From assembly GCF_009914755.1 (NCBI RefSeq), contig NC_060938.1: a stretch of DNA of 64,000 nt. One strand, written 5' to 3'. Of this stretch, positions 56,470-64,000 are shown in pieces (position 1 is the first letter of the stretch; each line of letters starts with the position of its first letter). The translations under genes were made by a program, and so were the position numbers. The notes beneath the pieces were generated by a model. The model was not told the DNA's origin. It ran no database searches and was given only the letters and a program-made list of their open reading frames with translations. The DNA comes from the human T2T-CHM13v2.0 reference genome, Homo sapiens.

Positions 56470-57110
56470 AATCTCAACTTATTAATTCATACATTCAGCC
56501 AGCACATAATTGAATACTTCTTATGTGTCAGAAACTGTTCTAGGTGCTTGGGATGTTCATTGAACAAAATAGACAAAAGTCTCCGCCTCTATGGAACTTA
56601 CTTTCCAGTGAAGGTGTGGATTGGTGGGATAGAAAATAAAATAATCAAGTAAGATATGTACTTAGGCTTTCATAAAAATACAGCAGGGCAAGAGGACCAA
56701 GATGGAGGCAGTGATCAGGGAATCTCAATGAGGGTGAGACTGCGACAAAGACTTGAAAAAGGTGGAGAAGCAAGCCTTGTGGGTATTTAGGGTAGCAGTA
56801 GTCCAGGCAAGGGGAACAACTAGTGCAAAGGCTCTAGGAGGCAATGTGTTTGAAGTGTTTTAAGAACAGTAAGGAGGCTAGTATGGTTAGAACAGAATGA
56901 GCAAAGGGGGCAAAGTGGTAGAAGGTGAGATCAAAGAGGTAATGAGGCCATTGTGGAGGCCCATATGGACTATTGGAAGGGCTTTGGCTTTTACTCTAAA
57001 TGAGGCAAAAACCATTTTAAGCAGAGAGGAGTGATATGACTTGATTTCTTGTTAAAAGGATTATTCTAGTTGCTGTTACAGAAAAAGATTACAGGGGTGC
57101 AAAGAAACAG
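56470..57110 (-). mobile_element. L2 fragment
   Basis: ttgaatacttcttatgtgtcagaaactgttctaggtgcttgg...tgcaaaggctct motifs. Confidence 0.7.
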
Positions 57111-58194
57111 GGAGACAAAAGAATATAAGATTTTCACTGTAACTTATATCTAGTATGCTTGCTTATACTTGAAAATGCATATCCAGATAATTGTAGTAAA
57201 TTCAAATATTATGTTTATTTAATAGTACTAACATTGATATGCTGGTTAATTATGATTAGGAGCACTAATAAAGCACAAATCAGGGATTCCCAAAAAGAAT
57301 GTTGAAAGGGCAGTCAGCTTTTCCTGTGCCAGAAATCAAAGTCATAGCAGATTTGGGGCAAATATGTCAAAGTCAAACTTACGCACATCACTACTGAGAA
57401 GACAAAGATGAATGTGTGACAGTTTCCTGCCCCCAAGAATCTTTAAGCATTGTGAAGGAAGATTAATATAGCCAAATAACTAGAGTGATCAGTTCTACCA
57501 GAGAGGACCAGTTTTGGAAGCCAGAGGAAAAAAAAAAAAACAGAAACAAAATGATGTTTGAATTAAATCTTTAAAAGTTTCTCTTATAAATTTACCAAGC
57601 CACATATTGGGAATGGTACCCCAGGCAGAAGGAGTAGAGTAAGCAAGCCAGAAAGGAAATACTATGGTGCTTTTGAGTAACTGCAGTGTGGCTGAAGAAT
57701 GTGGAAAATGATGAGGATAAAGAGGTGGACAGGGAACTAGGTAAGGGAGGGCTTCCTTTTAAATAATTAGACCTTGTCCTGTGTACATTTAATGGGATTT
57801 TAATCAGGCCATAATGCCAAATTTCTTTACTTCGGAAGGATCTTTATGGTGATGGTTTCAGAAAGAAATTAAAGCAGAGTAACAGTGGTTAGCAATAATG
57901 ATCAGCTAGTGGTTCCCAAACTTACGTATCATATGCATCTTGGAAGTTTTTAAAAACTCAGATTTTGGGATCCTGACTTAGATCTACTGAATCAGAATTT
58001 ACAGATTCAAATTCCCAGTGAGGCCTAGGAATTTGAAATGTTGAATGTCCTTCACGATGCAGCTAGACAAGCATTTGGGAATAAAGCATTAGGTGACTAT
58101 TTCAGTAGACTAAGGAGTGGGAGGCCATTTAAGCTCAAAGGCTATTCTACTTCTCACTATATTTCTAGTACCTAGCACAGTGCATGGTACTTGA

Positions 58195-58626
58195 TAGATG
58201 CATCCTTTCTCCCATACCTCGCCCTACACATCTCTTCATGTGTATCCTTATTAATATCCTCTATTATAAACTGGTAAACATGTTTCCCTGAGTTCTGTGA
58301 GCTGCTCCAGCAAAGATGGGTTTGTGAGAATCCCGACTTTTGAAGCCTGTCAGTCAGAAGTTCCTGAGGCCAGACTTGCAACTCCTGTTGAGGGGGCAGT
58401 CTTGGGGACTGAGCCCTCAACCTGACACTGTCTCCAGGTAGATAGTGTTAGAATTGAATTGAAGGACACCCAGTTGGTGTCCGCTGCAGAACTGATTGCT
58501 CACCTGGTGGTGGAGAGAACCCCTCCTCTCCCGATAGGGTTGCAGAAGTTGTCTTCTGTGTTGTTGATTGCTGTGGTGTGGGAGCAGAGGGGGGAAAAAA
58601 GCTGTTGGAGAGTTTTTTCCAAAACA
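58195..58626 (+). mobile_element. MER21-family LTR (partial)
   Basis: tttccctgagttctgtgagc, ggggcagtcttggggactgagccctcaacct. Confidence 0.75.
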
Positions 58627-59282
58627 ATAGGAGATTATTTAGATTTATAAAAATAGAATCAAAGTAGATTAACTGAGCACATTGTGAAATATAGAGTAGA
58701 GCTGTGTGTAAGGAGTATATCTTAATGTCAAGCTGACACCAAATTGAATGTTTGCTGGAACGTTCAAAAATCTAAGCTTCCCAAATCTGTGAAAACACTC
58801 AGGTTAGTAAACAGTCTTATGCAAACAGCAAGACAATGCTCAAAGCCATTTAAGGAAAAAGAACAGTAACTGAATTCTCTTATGGAAATGTGAGATGTTG
58901 TTTTAGTAAGTACTGATGGTGTTATACTTTTTGTTTATTCGTTTGCTGGTATTTCAGTTCCTAAAATTCCTTCAAATATGCTGCAAAATACAAACCAAGA
59001 ACTTGGTGGATTTTCCATTTGTTTTCCTGTGGGAAATGATGGAATTAAAAACCTTGAGGATTAGACCTTGAGAGTTACCTTCCAGTGTTTATGCCACCAT
59101 TATACAAAATTCTGGAGGACAAAACCCTTCCCACTTAAAAACCAGTTAGTTTCAGAAAATCACCTCATGTTAGGAGACTGCATCATTATAGTATGTGTGT
59201 TAGCTTTAGGTATAGATCTAAAATATTTTTAATATTTTAAAAACTTAAGCCTTTCTTCATTAATTTGGCCTAATACAAGTTA

Positions 59283-59631
<349 letters not shown>

Positions 59632-60104
59632 CTAGACAAATGTTGAGCAAGTAAAACACCAACAATGTTGAACTTAGATATTGAAATAGCTGCTCTGTAC
59701 AAATAAAGTCTACTGGGAGTATAGACTGAATTACCATCTTTTGACTCTTTCGCCATAATGATTGGCATTACCGGAAGGGATTACCTTGCTTTGAAGAGCT
59801 GCTGGACAGTAGAGCAGAGAGCATCTATTACCATTGTAGGTGCCTTTCAGTTAGGATTTTGGATTTATAAGCAAACTCCAAGAAAGAGCCTGGTTCTGAG
59901 TTTCTCTGAATAGCTTAGGTCAAGTCCTAAATTCTGAAGCCAACTCCTATAATTCCTTCTTTATGTCTTTGGCATGTGAAGTAGGCAAATTTCGAACTTT
60001 ATAATAATAGCCTAGACTTACAAATACTTGCCTTGGTAATCAGGATGAGTTTTTGAGAGACAACATAGTCTAGTGTTAATCGCGTGGACACCAGACTGCT
60101 TGAG

Positions 60105-60566
60105 TGAAATACAGGTTCTACCATTTATTAACGGAGTAATGTTGGGTAAGCTATTTAGCCAGGGTCCTTATCTGTAACATGGTGATAATAATAAAGATTA
60201 AATAATAGGTGAAAAATGTTTAGAATACCACTGTGTTATTAGTAAGCACCATGCATAGGTGTTTGGATTTAAAAATACTGGCAAAGGCCAGGTTGGGTGG
60301 CTCACACCTATAATCCTCGCACTTTGGGAGGCCAAGGCAGAAGGATCGCTTTAGCCCAGGAGTTCAGGACCAGTCGAGGCAACATAGATTCCGTCTCTGC
60401 AAAAAATTTAACAGAATTAGTTGGGCATGGTAGCGTGTGCCTGTAGCTACTTGGGAGGCTGAGGTAGGGAGGGGGAGGATTGCTTGAGCCCACGATTTCG
60501 AGGCTGCAGTGAGCTTATGATCATGCCACTGTACTCCAGCTTGGGTGACAGAGCAAGACTCTGTCT
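60105..60566 (-). ncRNA. Possible terminal exon of an antisense lncRNA (HIF1A-AS3-like)
   Basis: Antisense-Alu acceptors (ttttag|agacag|) at 60566/60560 and minus-strand AATAAA at 60124-60129; location agrees only loosely with memory. Confidence 0.3.
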
Positions 60567-60588
60567 CTAAAATAAAATGAAAATAAAA
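60286..60588 (+). mobile_element. AluJ-like
   Basis: Sense dimer. Confidence 0.88.
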
Positions 60589-62169
60589 CTGCAGGCAAAA
60601 ATGCCAACTGAAGAGTGAACATGAACTTTTCTTTGCATTTTTCTTGGGCCTGAGACTTTAAGAAGTGCAGGGCAGTTAAAATGATGAGATATAATTCTCA
60701 CCTATCAGCTCAGCAGAAATTAATAAGATTAAAAAGATGCGTAATATATAATATTGCAGAGTGCATGGGGGAATTGATATACACATTCATGAACAAAAAT
60801 GGGCACAGAACCATTTGGAAAGCTATTGTGTATTTTAAAAAATTTCAGTAGCACATTTTTTATATCATGAAATTTCACTTCAGAATGTCAGTCCTGTAGA
60901 AATACTGACGCAAGTGCAAAAACAACAAAAACCAACTTGTACCTTCAAGGCCAGAAAGAGTTATTTCACCAAATAACATAATTGAGGTACATTAACTTTA
61001 TTAGAAGTAAATCTGATAATCTGCTCACATTTTAAATAGTTATGGTTTAACTTCAGTTCTTGAAGTCACATATTTTTACAATTAGGAATGCTAACAGGCT
61101 TTTTGTGCAATACGAAAAGATGACTTTAAATGCCTACAATTATTTTGTGTCCTTTTATTTTTTTTTAATTTTTACTGACCTACTACAAAGCACTAAATAT
61201 TTTATGTTCTTAATCTGAAGAACAATAGACATTCTCTATAAAACAACTCTTGCTTATTCATGAACTTTGTACACAAGAAGCTTAATAAGACGGGCTCAAA
61301 ATTATTTTTCTAAATATATTTCCTATACAAAATAATTTCAAGATATAATTGTTACTTTTGTGTCTAATACTGTATGTTAAATAATAAAATGGTAAGCATG
61401 TAAAAACTACAATACCACAAAGATTGAGCTATTTTGCCAGTAGTATACTCCAACTTTAGTTCTAGAACAGTCGTAGAAATGGGTAAACAAACTGTTTTAA
61501 CTGTACTCTTAACTGAAATATAGTACCTTATGCAGTAGCAGAACATATCAGCAGAAGAACTTCACTTGACCTGTACTTAAAAACAAAACAGATGCAATTT
61601 ATAAAATTTAGAGAAATATAGTGACCTTATTTGCATGTGGAAAATGTACTTCTTTCTGATCTACATATCTTCTGTTGTGCAATGTAAGCAGTAAAACAAA
61701 TAGTACAGGATTCATCTCTGTGGGACCTAGACCCCCTGGTCTAACAAATAATTCTTGGTCAGTACTGTAATTCTGTGGTATAAAACTGATAAAATTAGCC
61801 TTCCTGTGACTAGACAAGAAGCCGGGCAGTTTAAATGCTGAAACTCACAAGAACTTCAGAAGCTTTAGCTTTAAGCTTTAAGCTTACTTAGAAATGTTAT
61901 AAGACCTCCAGTAGTCACATATGAAGAATATCATGAAGATTTTTCCATTAAATCTTTATTATAGATCCCTTGATTGGTTTCTGTCTAGACTCATTGTGTG
62001 ATAAAGGACATAATAATTTTTATCACCTTCATCTAATATAGGTTTGTCAACTCTATATTAGTTGTTTTCTTGAAGGCTGGTTTTCTTCCAAAATTCAGTC
62101 TTATTTTCAGTCTACACTAGCTTTTAAATATACTGTCCTTTAGATGCTTTATCTAACCTCAAATTTCTA

Positions 62170-62830
<661 letters not shown>

Positions 62831-64000
62831 ACGCCTGGAATGATTGTGGCATTTGAACTAATATTCAGGTTTAACAAGAGATAATTGACCATCACTCTAT
62901 TTTAGAGGCTTTATTTGAACCAGATAGAAATCTATTTCCCACAGCTATCACTGCCTGTCACCTACAACTTAAGGGGGTTGGGGAGGAAGTGAGAGATTTT
63001 CTGTTAGGGCCAATAGGGACCTGCTAGATACCCCCCCATCCTGGGAATGGTGTATGGAACTCCAGTGTATGCTGGAGTTATTATCATCATACTTGTTTTT
63101 TTATTTTACTCTTCTGCTTATACAGATCAAGTCATACGTTTTATTTTTAAGTTTAAATTGAAAACATTTACAGAGAACAATGCAGTGAAATGAAAAAATT
63201 ACAGACTGCTGGCATTTGCATTTTCATGTAGCCTCAGTGACTAATTTTTTTTTATTGTACAGCATTGAGAAAATCCTAGTTCATATAACTAGTTATAGTT
63301 CATATAGATTCATATAACTAGTTTTAAGTGATAATAGTTTCTTCCTTTTTTTCCTCCACCATCTAACCAGATGAAGATAATAGTTTTTAATAGCTCACCG
63401 TAAATTTCAAGGTACTCAAGTTAAATTGATCTAGATGCTTGAGTTGAAATTTTTCTATCAAAGTTCAATAACATGCTTACATTCCTTATTAAAGTATAAA
63501 AGTCCTATAAACACACAAACTTGAGTAAGTGCTAAAACTAGTATCAGTATTGTCACAATACAACATGTTATATTGTAACAAGAGCATTTGCTGAGAACTG
63601 TGCTTGTTACTCCAGAATGTTGCTTCTATGGTTGTACCTTTCAACTTTGCAGATCATTTGGAAGGAGGAGAGATTTGGGGTGGAGACAATTCGGTACTTC
63701 ATTCACAGGATGTAAGGAGGATTAAGTAAAATAATGCTGGCTAAAAGTCCTTATTTAGCATACTGCCCAATGCTCACTAAATCATAATAGCTGTTTTTAA
63801 CATTTGGTGAAGAATCTATTTAACAGGAGTGAGTTGAGGGGCATAGGAGATCATGTGAGTGTTTAAAGTAGAAGCAGCATTCCCCATTAAGAAGAGAAAT
63901 ACTGTGGAAGAGCAAAGACTTTAAAACACCTGGGTTCAAATCCTATTTGCTACATAATGGCTACTTTTAACCTATTGAACGCCAGTTCCCTCATTTGTAA

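Overview
Primate (human-like) genomic DNA that I recognise as the 5' end of the HIF1A locus. About 40 kb of repeat-rich upstream sequence leads into a CpG-island promoter (~39.7-41.0 kb), coding exon 1 (MEGAGGANDKK..., 40372-40406), an alternative first coding exon (MSSQCRSLENK...IENG, 42418-42521) and ~21 kb more of intron 1; exon 2 lies beyond the window. On the minus strand the two exons of lncRNA HIF1A-AS1 can be placed (about 40274-40390 and 25606-26140, joined by a GC-AG intron). A perfect NRF2/MAF ARE lies ~33 kb upstream. The rest is Alu, L1, L2, MIR, LTR and hAT fossils, and almost all ORFs in the supplied track are repeat-derived or GC-bias artefacts. I cannot support a new multi-gene system. 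The best leads are a 50-aa spliced smORF in HIF1A-AS1 that shares the CCATGG palindrome with the HIF1A start codon, an HRE-bearing solo LTR nested in Alu nested in MER21, and several templated-insertion or transduction scars. Gene names, lncRNA ends and repeat subfamilies come from recognition and memory, not from searches; repeat boundaries are approximate.
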